Assembly (NCBI GenBank): GCA_964291405.2
Contig: OZ219926.1
Coordinates: forward strand, 928,001 to 992,000
DNA: 64,000 nucleotides
Reading direction: 5' to 3'
Source of the DNA: Thermodesulfobacteriota bacterium
Lineage (GTDB): Bacteria; Desulfobacterota; Binatia; Bin18
The position numbers were made by a program, and so were the translations under genes. Of this stretch, positions 47,845 through 56,940 are shown one piece after another (within the stretch, counting starts at the first letter, position 1; each line of letters opens with the position of its first letter). The notes under the pieces were generated by a model. That model ran no database searches, had not been told where the DNA came from, and saw nothing but the letters and a program-made list of their open reading frames with translations.

Positions 47845-49344
47845 TTATTTGCAGGCAGCGACCCGAGCCGGATCAGTCGTACCAAGCTCCTGGCAGTCCG
47901 TATCACTGGCCATGCTGTACGCGGGGAAGTTCATGCGATAGTGACCCATCATCTGCGTGATATGGGTAAACGCCATGCCGGCACCACTGCCATCCGGCAT
48001 CATGATTTGCAGCACACCGCGGTCACCCTCGCACATAGCGGTGAGATCGCCCAGGGCGTCACCAGCAGGATCGATCATGGTCAGCTTGTTCGGGGCGTCG
48101 ATCATAATGTCCACCATGTCACCAAACATGTCTTCCATCTTGTTGATCACCATCCCGTCCTCACATTTGATCATGACCTGAACATCGCGGGACATCCTTG
48201 GATGCGTGTTCTCGGTGTCCTCACCGCCTGCCAACCACAAAACGACCATGGACTCATCCATGGTATCGTACCGGGCGAAAGCAGAGCCACGCGGAGTCGC
48301 CTCATCGGTAGCAGTATTGGGGTCATTGTGACCGTTCATGTCAGCATCCGTGGTAAGCCTAGTGTTATCATGCCGTTCGGGGATCAGGCCACATCGCTCC
48401 CTATTAAAGGGCCCCATGGTGTTTGCATTGGCCACTTGAGGATCGCCAGTCGTCCCATCGAAGGTTTGTAGAGGCTCATCATAGCAGGCGATTTCCGCCA
48501 TATCATCCTCACCAACTTTTGCATTGAGCATGACAGTCGAGGTCGGCACTTCCGTCCCGAAGAAGCCCATGCCCACGTCCTGGATGATGGTCCAGGCGGC
48601 GACCTGGGTCATCGTGCTCTCAGTAGTCATTGCGTCGTCAGCAGTTATTTGAGCAGCGGTACGGGTATCAATATTCATCCTTGGGTTCACGCGGGTGCCG
48701 CCGTCGCATGACGACAATTTCTGAGTCTCCGCTATGACCTTCACCCAGCCGTATGCGGGGATTTCATCATCCATCATGGAGAGGGTCTGCATCTGGTAGT
48801 CGTTCCCCATCATGGCCGACGGACCCTGGAGCGCCACCACGCCGAACTGATGTTCCGCCAGACAGAGCTCTGCCGACCCCACCATCATGCCCATGGCGTC
48901 GTAGACGTTCACCGCAATAAAGAGGTGTTCGGTCATAACCTCGCCCATCGCCTTCTCAAGAGCTGCTTCGGCTGCCGCCTTTGTATTGAGGTCGTCATCG
49001 CCAAGCGTGTGCGGATCGCCTGAAGTAGCAAGTGTAGCACCTTCAGCGTTAATCCTCTCAGTTGCAGTGCTTGCCGCCGCTATCGCTCCGTCTGCACCAT
49101 CGTTCAGAAAGCCCCGAATGGCCGCAACGAGCGCATGCTGATTCATCGTAGTCTGCTCTTGCATGGACATGTTCTGGACACCGATGATGGTGGCTCTGGT
49201 ATCTCCGGCCTCATAATAGGGGACCAGCTTTATCACGGACGGGTCACCGCCTATGTATCCTTTGGTTGCGAAGGCACTCCCGGCCGAGAGGGCAACGCCC
49301 GCCACGAACGCGATCAGGCCCGCAAACATTTTATTCATCTTCAT
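47845..49344 (-). CDS. Secreted acidic Met/Thr/Asp-rich protein, putative S-layer/major surface protein
   Basis: Signal peptide (..SAGSAFA); LVPYY...TIIGVQN N-terminal motif; strong RBS aggag, long upstream leader, own terminator; lies between T2SS and glycan genes. Confidence 0.6.
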   Translation of the reverse strand: MKMNKMFAGLIAFVAGVALSAGSAFATKGYIGGDPSVIKLVPYYEAGDTRATIIGVQNMSMQEQTTMNQHALVAAIRGFLNDGADGAIAAASTATERINAEGATLATSGDPHTLGDDDLNTKAAAEAALEKAMGEVMTEHLFIAVNVYDAMGMMVGSAELCLAEHQFGVVALQGPSAMMGNDYQMQTLSMMDDEIPAYGWVKVIAETQKLSSCDGGTRVNPRMNIDTRTAAQITADDAMTTESTMTQVAAWTIIQDVGMGFFGTEVPTSTVMLNAKVGEDDMAEIACYDEPLQTFDGTTGDPQVANANTMGPFNRERCGLIPERHDNTRLTTDADMNGHNDPNTATDEATPRGSAFARYDTMDESMVVLWLAGGEDTENTHPRMSRDVQVMIKCEDGMVINKMEDMFGDMVDIMIDAPNKLTMIDPAGDALGDLTAMCEGDRGVLQIMMPDGSGAGMAFTHITQMMGHYRMNFPAYSMASDTDCQELGTTDPARVAACK

Positions 49345-49575
49345 CACGTCTCTCCTTTCTTCCTGAAACCTTCTCTCTTCTTTTTTTTGTGTCGTGTTGT
49401 TCATATACCCACCAATCACCGGGAACCTGTTTGTATTGTTGTTCTCCAATACCGCTCCTCCTTCATACGGCCCTTGCGGGGCCCGCCCGAACATCAATAT
49501 TGCCTTTCGGTTTTCCCCGTGTGGCGTGATTGCTGAGCACCATAATGAATATCCCACACCCTGTCAAGCAAACAT

Positions 49576-50082
49576 TCAGCCCTTTTGGTCTGTGGGCTTG
49601 CCGAGCTTTTTGGGTTTCATGTTGCGGTACCACTGGTTGTCTTCAAGTCGGACCCAGTGCCCCTTTATCGGCATTGCCATGGGCAAGTCAACCATGCCCG
49701 GTACGTCCATCCGGTATTGTATTTTAACAGTGACCTGGGCGTCGTTTTCCTGCTCCTGAATATTGTCGATGGTGTAGGCCATATATTTCAGTGTCGGCGA
49801 CCGGGCCTGGACAAATTGAGTGGCGGTCATTTCCCCGGTGCGGGCGTAGGTTATGTATTGATAGGCGCTGACTTCATCTCCCTGAAGACGGGCGTCCCAA
49901 AAGGCTTTCACCCGCTCGGCCAGCGGTACGGTTTGCGGTGCGGGCGGCTCGGTCTGAGCGACCCCGAGGCAGACGATCCCGGCCACCAGGGCCACGGCCC
50001 ATCCGGCGATTCGGCGCTTCGGCTGACAGCGCCCGGTTTTCCTCGTACACAACCCTGGCCTCGTACCCAACACCGACCTCAT
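49576..50082 (-). CDS. Small exported NTF2-like protein
   Basis: Hydrophobic N-segment; LAERVKAFWDARLQGD..AYQY...A.V.V...WV..DNQWY; start uncertain. Confidence 0.65.
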   Translation of the reverse strand: MRSVLGTRPGLCTRKTGRCQPKRRIAGWAVALVAGIVCLGVAQTEPPAPQTVPLAERVKAFWDARLQGDEVSAYQYITYARTGEMTATQFVQARSPTLKYMAYTIDNIQEQENDAQVTVKIQYRMDVPGMVDLPMAMPIKGHWVRLEDNQWYRNMKPKKLGKPTDQKG

Positions 50083-50259
50083 ACACAACGTGCTCGCTTT
50101 CCATCCTTCATACGGCCCATCTGGCCCATACGACATAACACAATGTTGTCTGTGTGTCTTGTTACTATAGTGTATGCAAAGAAAAAGTGTCAATAGCAAA
50201 CCGGCTTGCTCACCGCAACCGGTGCCCCCACACATTTGCCTTCAACAACAATAGATTAC

Positions 50260-50298
50260 ATTAGTTCAAACCCACTTTCGGTTGTCAAGCGGACGGCT
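50260..50298 (-). promoter_or_regulatory. Repeated TTGACA-containing upstream module (also 51695-51730, 52505-52549)
   Basis: gcttgacaac(c/a)gaaa...tttg(a/g)actaat conserved in three places. Confidence 0.5.
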
Positions 50299-50316
50299 GG
50301 GAATGCCGGACTCCTT

Positions 50317-50499
50317 CCCTGGGAGTGCGGGCTTCTTCCCTGGGAGTGCGGGCTTCCAGCCCGCAAAGAATAAAGAAGGCGGGCAAGATGCCCGCGCGCC
50401 CAGGAGAAGAGAAAGAAATAGAAAGGCGGGCAAGATGCCCGCGCTCCCAGGAGAAGAGAAAGAAAGGAAAAGGCAGGCAAGATGCCTGTGCCCCCAGGG
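50317..50499. repeat. REP cluster, CCTGGGAG(C/T)GCGGGC-loop-GCCCGC family
   Basis: Several direct and inverted copies with purine-rich linkers; the family also occurs near 1960, 31860, 36571, 40410, 42060, 52125, 60035 and 63355. Confidence 0.85.
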
Positions 50500-50650
50500 G
50501 GGAAGAGGAGATGGGGAGAGGTATCACTGGTGGTGATGGCCTCAAAATCTCCCCCTGTCTGTCTAGTTAGGCCGCGCGCATGAAGGTATAATACAGAGAA
50601 GAGCAGCCGGACACACGTCCGCCTGCCGGTATCACAGGGAGTGTTGAGCT

Positions 50651-51313
50651 ATGACGTATCGTTCTACCAAGGAAAAGGCCGAAGCCCAAAAAGTCGCTCG
50701 GAAGCTGTATGTCACAGATAGGCTGTCCCTGAAAGAGATTCACGAGCAGACCGGCGAAACCATGAGAACACTCAGATCGTGGTGCACCCTCGGCGACTGG
50801 GACAGCCTGCGGGAGGCAGAGGACAAGACCGAACTCGACCGGTTAGAGAGCTTACGGGACAGCCTGCTCGACAAAGCCGAAGCCCAGATCAAGGCAGGCA
50901 AGCTGCCACACATCGAGACCGGGCTCATATACAAGCTGGAAAGGTTGATAGTCCAGCGAGAGAAAAAAGAAGAGAGGGCCACCACCATAATGGGGAACAC
51001 CCTTCGACATCTGGCCCTGTATCTGATGGAACATGATCCGAAACTTGCGCGAGCTTTAGTCATTAATCATATGGAGGAATTTAGCAGATGGATCGTTAAA
51101 CAAGATCTCGTCCGTCCGCCGGAAGAGGCCGACCGTTCGGTGCAAGAGCTCATCCATTTGCCGCGAGAGTTCAGCCGTGTGCCGCAAGAGCCCACCCCTG
51201 CGCAGAAAAGGTTTGCCCGTATGCGGAAAGGGGCTAAAGGGCTTCCCCGTATGCGGAAAGGGGCTAAAGGGCATGCCCGTATGCGGAAAAATCTTCCCCC
51301 TTCGATGAAGTGA
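50651..51313 (+). CDS. DUF1804/terminase-small-subunit-like HTH protein
   Basis: ARKLYV....SLKEI...TG...RTL.SW...GDWD HTH, then helical; C-terminal 30-bp repeats. Confidence 0.6.
   Translation: MTYRSTKEKAEAQKVARKLYVTDRLSLKEIHEQTGETMRTLRSWCTLGDWDSLREAEDKTELDRLESLRDSLLDKAEAQIKAGKLPHIETGLIYKLERLIVQREKKEERATTIMGNTLRHLALYLMEHDPKLARALVINHMEEFSRWIVKQDLVRPPEEADRSVQELIHLPREFSRVPQEPTPAQKRFARMRKGAKGLPRMRKGAKGHARMRKNLPPSMK
51211..51289 (+). repeat. 30-bp tandem repeat (about 2.6 copies)
   Basis: cccgtatgcggaaaggggctaaagg recurs at a 30-bp period. Confidence 0.85.
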
Positions 51314-51570
51314 GCGCAGGCAGAGGTCCGACCGTACGGCGTCTGTGGGACGCCATTTGAGCAGCTTATTTTTCAAACACTGTTTTGTCTTAACAATTCT
51401 CCCAAAAAAATAATAGGGGGGGGTCTCCGACCTGAATTCAATAAAATCAATAACTTATTGAACCACAGGGGTGTTTTTTGTGCTCTTTTCTGCTCCTTTT
51501 CCGCCCTTTTCTGCTCCTGAGTTGGGTAAAATCAATACCTTATTGAGCCGTGGGGGTGTTTTTTTCGGCT

Positions 51571-51600
51571 TACAAGCGCCGCCGTTTCGTACCCGGTCAT
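51571..51600 (-). pseudogene. N-terminal stub of the MTxYETA peptide family
   Basis: RBS aaggag then MTGYETAAL, after which similarity ends. Confidence 0.55.
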
Positions 51601-51742
51601 GTATAGCTCCTTACTGCGCAGCTTCGGCAGCGGCCACATTTTCCTGCTGTGGTTCAGGAATACGCATAAGCCGGCAGTTCGTGTATGTTCATGGTGGTAT
51701 TAGTCCAAACTCACTTTCTGTTGTCAAGCAGGAACCCCCCCC

Positions 51743-52106
51743 GGCCCTGCGACTCCGTTCATGCTGAGCCTGTCCTGAGTCCCCACGAAGGGCGTAGCGG
51801 AGCGAAGTCGAAGCAAGGACAGGCCCTGCGACTCCGTTCATGCTGAGCCTGTCCTGAGTCCCCACGAAGGGCGTAGCGGAGCGAAGTCGAAGCAAGGACA
51901 GGCCCTGCGACTCCGTTCATGCTGAGCCTGTCCTGAGTCCCCACGAAGGGCGTAGCGGAGCGAAGTCGAAGCAAGGACAGGCCCTTCGACTCCGTTCATG
52001 CTGAGCCTGTCCTGAGTCCCCACGAAGGGCGTAGCGGAGCGAAGTCGAAGCAAGGACAGGCCCTTCGACTCTGCTCAGGACAGGCCCTGCGACTCTGCTC
52101 AGGACA
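51743..52106. repeat. Tandem array: four 79-bp units followed by two 24-bp units
   Basis: Units start at 51743, 51822, 51901, 51980, then 52059 and 52083; no unique spacers. Confidence 0.92.
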
Positions 52107-52206
52107 GGCCCTACGGGCTTCTTCCCTGGGAGTGCGGGCTTCCAGCCCGCAAAGGAAATAGAAAGGCGGGCAAGATGCCCGCGCGCCCAGGAGAAGAAAA
52201 GAAATA

Positions 52207-52240
52207 GGCGGCCGGCGCACCGATCGATAAGAAATTTCAC
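52207..52240 (-). pseudogene. DUF5615 PIN-like toxin stub
   Basis: GTGA overlap with DUF433, reads (M)KFLIDRCAGR and then runs into REP repeats. Confidence 0.65.
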
Positions 52241-52503
52241 GACTCCGCGACCGATACGGCAGACAGGGTATCCTTGGCGATGACCGCATGCGCGTAGGCG
52301 ATGCACGCGCGAATGTCATCCGCTTCCAGGTCGGGATAATCCTCCAGAATAGCCGCTGGCGTCACGCCCTGTGCCAGCAGACTCAGGATGAGTTCCACCG
52401 AAATACGCATATCCCGAACAATGGGTTTGCCGCCAAAGACATCCGGGCGCACGGTGATGCGGGTCAATAGGGAAGCGTTTATTTTGTCTTCGGTTGCGGC
52501 CAT
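52237..52503 (-). CDS. DUF433 antitoxin-type protein
   Basis: RITVRPDVFGGKPIVRDMRISV..IL..LA.G....IL.DYP.L...DI.AC..YA. Confidence 0.9.
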   Translation of the reverse strand: MAATEDKINASLLTRITVRPDVFGGKPIVRDMRISVELILSLLAQGVTPAAILEDYPDLEADDIRACIAYAHAVIAKDTLSAVSVAES

Positions 52504-52547
52504 GGATGGTATTAGTTCAAAGCTATTTTCGGTTGTCAAGCGGACGG

Positions 52548-52650
52548 CTAGAGCAAATTACGATTCCGTGTAGCCGCCCGTCATTCCTGCGCAAGCAGGA
52601 ATCCAGCCCAGCCCCTCGGCCTCTGGATGCCGGATCAAAGCCTGCCCTGG
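52548..52650. mobile_element. Partial CTAG MITE (one terminus)
   Basis: Reverse complement of the right part of 54558-54728. Confidence 0.75.
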
Positions 52651-52727
52651 AAAGGGGGATGAAAACAGACAGGCGAGACGGGTTGCCTCTCCTGGGAGAC
52701 AATCACGGAACCGGGCTGCTACCAGCC

Positions 52728-53345
52728 TCAGCCCTGGAGCAACTTGAGCAGCGCCACAACCACCCCACCCTGGGCAATCAGCGCCCCCATCACCCACTTG
52801 AGCAGGTCGGATTTCATATCGGCCAGAGCGGCCTGAGTTCCCAGGCGCAGGGCCTCAATGTCGGTCTTGGTCCCCCGGCGCAGGGCCTCAATGTCGACCT
52901 TGGTCTCCTGGCGCAGGGCCTCAATATCCCGTTGGACCCCGGCGATGCTGGTCTTCGTCTCCTGGCGCAGGGCCTCAATATCCCGTTGGACCCCGGCGAT
53001 GCTGGTCTTCGTCTCCTGGCGCAGGGCCTCAATATCCCGTTGGACCCCGGCGATGCTGGTCTTCGTCTCCTGGCGCAGGGCGTCGATATTGGCCTTCGTC
53101 TCCTGGCGCAGGGCGTCGATGTTCGCTTGCGTCTCCTGGCGCAGGGCGTCGATGTTGGCCTTGGTTTCCTGGCGTAAGGCGTCGATGTCCTGGTGGATCG
53201 CGGCGACATCGGCTTGGGTGGCCAGGTTGGAATTGAGCAGGCTCACCTGCTCGTCGGCCAGGACTTCGGCCTGCTGCTCGGTAAAGCCGTTCTCGGTCAG
53301 ATGCTTGACGAACCGATGGGTGTCAAACGCGATCGCTTCGGACAT
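52728..53345 (-). CDS. DUF1640/CCDC90-like protein with repeat-expanded stalk
   Basis: FDTHRFVKHL..GF..QQAE, LATQADV neck, 11-aa IDALRQETK repeats and three 18-aa (54-bp) repeats, TM tail. Confidence 0.88.
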   Translation of the reverse strand: MSEAIAFDTHRFVKHLTENGFTEQQAEVLADEQVSLLNSNLATQADVAAIHQDIDALRQETKANIDALRQETQANIDALRQETKANIDALRQETKTSIAGVQRDIEALRQETKTSIAGVQRDIEALRQETKTSIAGVQRDIEALRQETKVDIEALRRGTKTDIEALRLGTQAALADMKSDLLKWVMGALIAQGGVVVALLKLLQG

Positions 53346-53374
53346 GGGACGAGACTGTAGCATAGTCCACGCGC

Positions 53375-53589
53375 CCCTGGGAGGGCGGGCTGCCAGCCCG
53401 TAAAAGAAGCCTCTTCCCTGGGAGTGCGGGCTTCCAGCCCGCAAAGAATAAAGCAGGCGGGCAATGAGAGATTCCCCCCTGGGAGTGCGGGCTGCCAGCC
53501 CGCAGAGGAAGGAACAGGCGGGCAAGATGCCCGCGCGCCCAGGGGGGGAGAGAAAAAACAGGCAGGCAAGATGCCTGCGCTCCCAGGGG
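53375..53589. repeat. REP cluster upstream of RAYT
   Basis: At least five TGGGAG-hairpin REPs. Confidence 0.85.
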
Positions 53590-53617
53590 GAAGAAAAGAA
53601 AAAAGGAAGCGGATAGG

Positions 53618-54402
53618 ATGACCGAGCGGACAGAAGAGGGTATGCGCTCCCCAGAGCCGAGATGGCACTCCCGCGGCTATCTGCCACACTTCGAGGGCGG
53701 GGCCGTTCCCCAGACTCTCACCTTTCGTCTGTACGACAGCCTTCCGGCGACATTACGAGCCACCTGGGCATCAGCGTTGGCACATCTGCCTGAAGCCGAA
53801 CGACGTTCACAGAAACGCCGGCGCATCGAGACTGCGCTCGATAACGGCTATGGCGCGTGTTTGCTGGCAAACCCGGACGTGGCCCGGCTAGAGCAAATTA
53901 CGATTCCGTGTAGCCCTTCGACTTCAGGCGCGTTGCGCCTGCCGCTCAGGACTAACGGTCTGCCGTTCGTGCTGAGCGTAGCGGAGCGAAGTCGAAGCAG
54001 GGATGCCGGAGCGCGTCCGACATGACGAGCACGTAACGGCAGGGCTACAGCCTATAGTAAAACGCTCTAGTGGTAGATGCCCTCAAGCACTTCGACGGGG
54101 AACGCTATCATCTTCATGCCTGGTGCGTGATGCCGAACCACGTACATGTTCTGGTTACGCCGCTCGGGCGCCATACGCTTTCCTCAATCGTCCATTCGTG
54201 GAAGTCGCATACGGCGAATCGCGCCAATAAACGGCTGGGCCGGCGCGGAGCGGTGTGGATGCAGGAGTATTTCGACCGGGCGGTCCGCGACGAACGGCAC
54301 TTCATCGCGGCTGTGGAGTATATCGAAAACAATCCGGTGCAGGCCGGGTTGTGTGAGCAAGCCATGGATTGGGAATGGAGCAGCGCGGGAGAGAGGAGCT
54401 GA
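53618..54402 (+). pseudogene. rayT: REP-associated tyrosine transposase (RAYT) interrupted by a MITE
   Basis: RGYLPH, TFRL, MPNHVH (HUH), WMQEYFDR, YIENNPV; removing 179 bp at the duplicated CTAG restores ...DVARL-VVDALK... in frame (201 aa). Confidence 0.9.
53888..54070. mobile_element. CTAG-bounded MITE inserted in RAYT
   Basis: ctagagcaaattacgattccgtgtagcc...ggctacagcctatagtaaaacgctctag. Confidence 0.9.
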
Positions 54403-54410
54403 GATTCCTG

Positions 54411-54538
54411 CCTGGGAGTGAGAGATTCCCCCCTGGGAGGGCGGGCTGCCAGCCCGTAAAAGAAGCCTCTTCCCTGGGAGTGCGGGCTTCCAGCCCGCAG
54501 AGGAAAAAACAGGCGGGCAAGAGGCCCGCGCTCCCAGG
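54411..54538. repeat. REP cluster downstream of RAYT
   Basis: Shares a roughly 70-bp block with 53375-53442. Confidence 0.85.
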
Positions 54539-54557
54539 AGAAGAGAAAGAAAGGAGA

Positions 54558-54728
54558 CTAGAGCGGTTTACGATAAGTTGTAGCCATATTATTCCGTCTT
54601 CGTCATGCCGGACCCCGGATCATGTCCGGGGCAGGCTTTGATCCGGCATCCAGAGGCCGAGGGGCTGGGCTGGATTCCTGCTTGCGCAGGAATGACGGGC
54701 GGCTACACGGAATCGTAATTTGCTCTAG
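54558..54728. mobile_element. CTAG-bounded MITE
   Basis: ctagagcggtttacgataagttgtagcc...ggctacacggaatcgtaatttgctctag. Confidence 0.85.
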
Positions 54729-54742
54729 TAAAATACTCGCTG

Positions 54743-56940
54743 TTATTCCTCGCTGGTTTCGGGCTGCGCGGCGGCGGGCTGGCGGGTGCCTTCGACGACT
54801 TCGCGTAGCCGGTGGACGCGGTTGGTGAATTCCTCTGTCACAATTTGTGCTTCGTTGCGGTCGCGAATGACGTGGGGGGTGATCAGGATGACCAGTTCGG
54901 TCCGCTCGCGCTTGTCCTGTTCGACCCGAAAGAGGCGGCCCAGCACGGGCACGTCCATCAGAAAGGGCACGCCGTTGCGGGTGCGCTCGACCCGTTCGTC
55001 AATAATGCCGCCGAGCAGCACGGACTCGCGGTTCTGCACGACGACCGTGGTTTCGGTTTCGCGCGAGGTAAAGCTGGGCGAGTTGGTGTCGCCGAACGAG
55101 GCGACTCCGACATCGCTGACCTCCTGGCGAATCTCCATATTGACCAGGCCGGCCGAGTTGACCTGGGGCAGGATGGTCAGAATCGTGCCGGTATCCCGGT
55201 ACTGGATGCTGGACACGATATTCGCGGCCGCCAGGGTGCTCTGCTGGGTGGAGGTCAGAATCGGCACCTCTTCCCCGATCAGGATATGCGCTTCGCGATT
55301 ATCCGCGGCAATCACATGCGGGGTAGCCAGAATGTTCACCCTGGAGCGCGAGTTGACGGCGTTGATCAGCGACATAAAATGCTTCTGGTCGGTAATGAAA
55401 GAGAACAGGCCGCTCTGGCCGACATTCACCGCCCGCTTGGCCCCGGCCTGGAGCAGCGAGCCGCTGGTGCCACTCCCCCCGGCCGAGTCGAGAATATCCC
55501 CTATTTTCCCGGAGGCAAAGGCGTATTCGATGCCGAATTGCAGGTCGCCGGTCAGCCCGATCTCCGCAATGATAGCCTCAATCAGCACCTGCCGGGGAAC
55601 CACGTCGAGCCGGACCAGCACCTCCCGGATTTTGTCGTAATCGCGCGGGGTGGCCAGAACAATCAGGGAGTTCGAGATCTCGTCGGCCACAATGCGGACG
55701 ACTTCCTTGAAGAGCGGCGTCTCGCCCTCTATGGGCTCGATCAGGACGCTGCGGCCCCCACCGCCGCGCGAGCCGCGCCCGCCGAGTCCCCCGGAGCGGC
55801 CGATGCCGGTCTCCGAGTCTCTGTCGCCGCGGTCGGCATCCTGGTTGACCTCCCGGTCGCGCCCGCTGCGGCTCCCGCCGCCACCCCCGCCGCCGTATAA
55901 GTCGCCCAGCACACTGGCCAGGTCGGCGGCCTTGGCGTTCTCGACCGCGTACACGTAGACGGTGCGCCCGCCGCCCTTTTCGGGCGGGACATCCAGGACT
56001 CTGATCCATTTTTCGATCTGGCTGAAAATCTCCTCGTTAAAGCCGAAGACGACAATCGCGTTCAGCCGGGTGAGCGGAATGATGTACAGCCCGCGCTCTT
56101 CCGCGTTCTCGGCGGTCACGCCGTAGGGCTGGAGAATGCTCGCCAATTCCTTGCCCAGGTCCTCAACGTTGGCGTGTTCGATGCGGTAAATCTGGGTGTG
56201 GAGGGTCCGAAACGTGTCCGTATCGAACGCGGCGATCAGGTCGCGCAGGCGTTCGACGTTCGAGGCCAGATCGACCAGGATGACCAGATTGCCGCGCGGG
56301 TAGGCCACCACGTCGCCGCCGGGCGAGACAAAGGGTTGCAGAATTTCCGTCATTGCGGTGGCCGCAATATGCTCGAGCCTGATCAGTTCGATGACGAACT
56401 CGTCCTGCGCGGACGCGGTGCGGCGCTGGCCGCTGCTGCCGCTCAGCAGGGGCACCTTGGTCTTGGCCTCGCCCACCGGGGCAATATGGTAGATGTCGCC
56501 GACCTTGACCGCGGCGATGCCGTGGATGCGCAGGATCTGATGGAACAGCGGAAAGAGGTCCTGGCCGTGAATTTTGCTGGCCGTCCGCAGGGTGACCGCG
56601 CCCTGCACCCTGGGGTCGATCGAGTAGTGGATGCACAGCCCCGCGGCCAGCCCCTGGATGACCTCCCGAATGTCGGCTCCCTCGAAATTCAGTTCAATGA
56701 GTTCGTCCTCGCCAACCGGGACGCATTCTCCCGCGCCGCCGGCCGGATAGCGGCCAGCGCCGGGTCATCCTCGTCGGACAGCCCGTCGTCGGCAAACGGC
56801 TCGTCTTCAGACAGCGCGTCGTCGGCCTCCTGCGCGCGGCCCGGTGTCGGCCAGATCAACAAGAAGCTCAACAAGAAAAAACACAGGAGAAGACATGTCC
56901 ATTCCCCGGCCCGTCCCATTCCCACTACCCATGTCAACAT
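54743..56940 (-). CDS. gspD: Type II secretion secretin, frameshifted near 56740-56765
   Basis: IELNFEGADIREVI N0 domain, QVLIEAIIAE, IQYRDTG, PFLMDVPVLGRLF, RTELVILITP; the signal peptide (..GRA-QE) is in a different frame (ORF 56689-56940). Confidence 0.9.

Noticed and set aside
50651-51313. Prophage
   Set aside because: Only one phage-like HTH gene; no structural, terminase-large or integrase genes
51743-52106. Possible CRISPR array
   Set aside because: Units are repeated in full with no unique spacers, and there are no cas genes in the window
53346-53687. N-terminal extension of the 319-aa DUF1640 ORF
   Set aside because: Translated REP sequence (CGLEARTP, RAGSPHSQ peptides); the paralog at 41819 fixes the start at 53345
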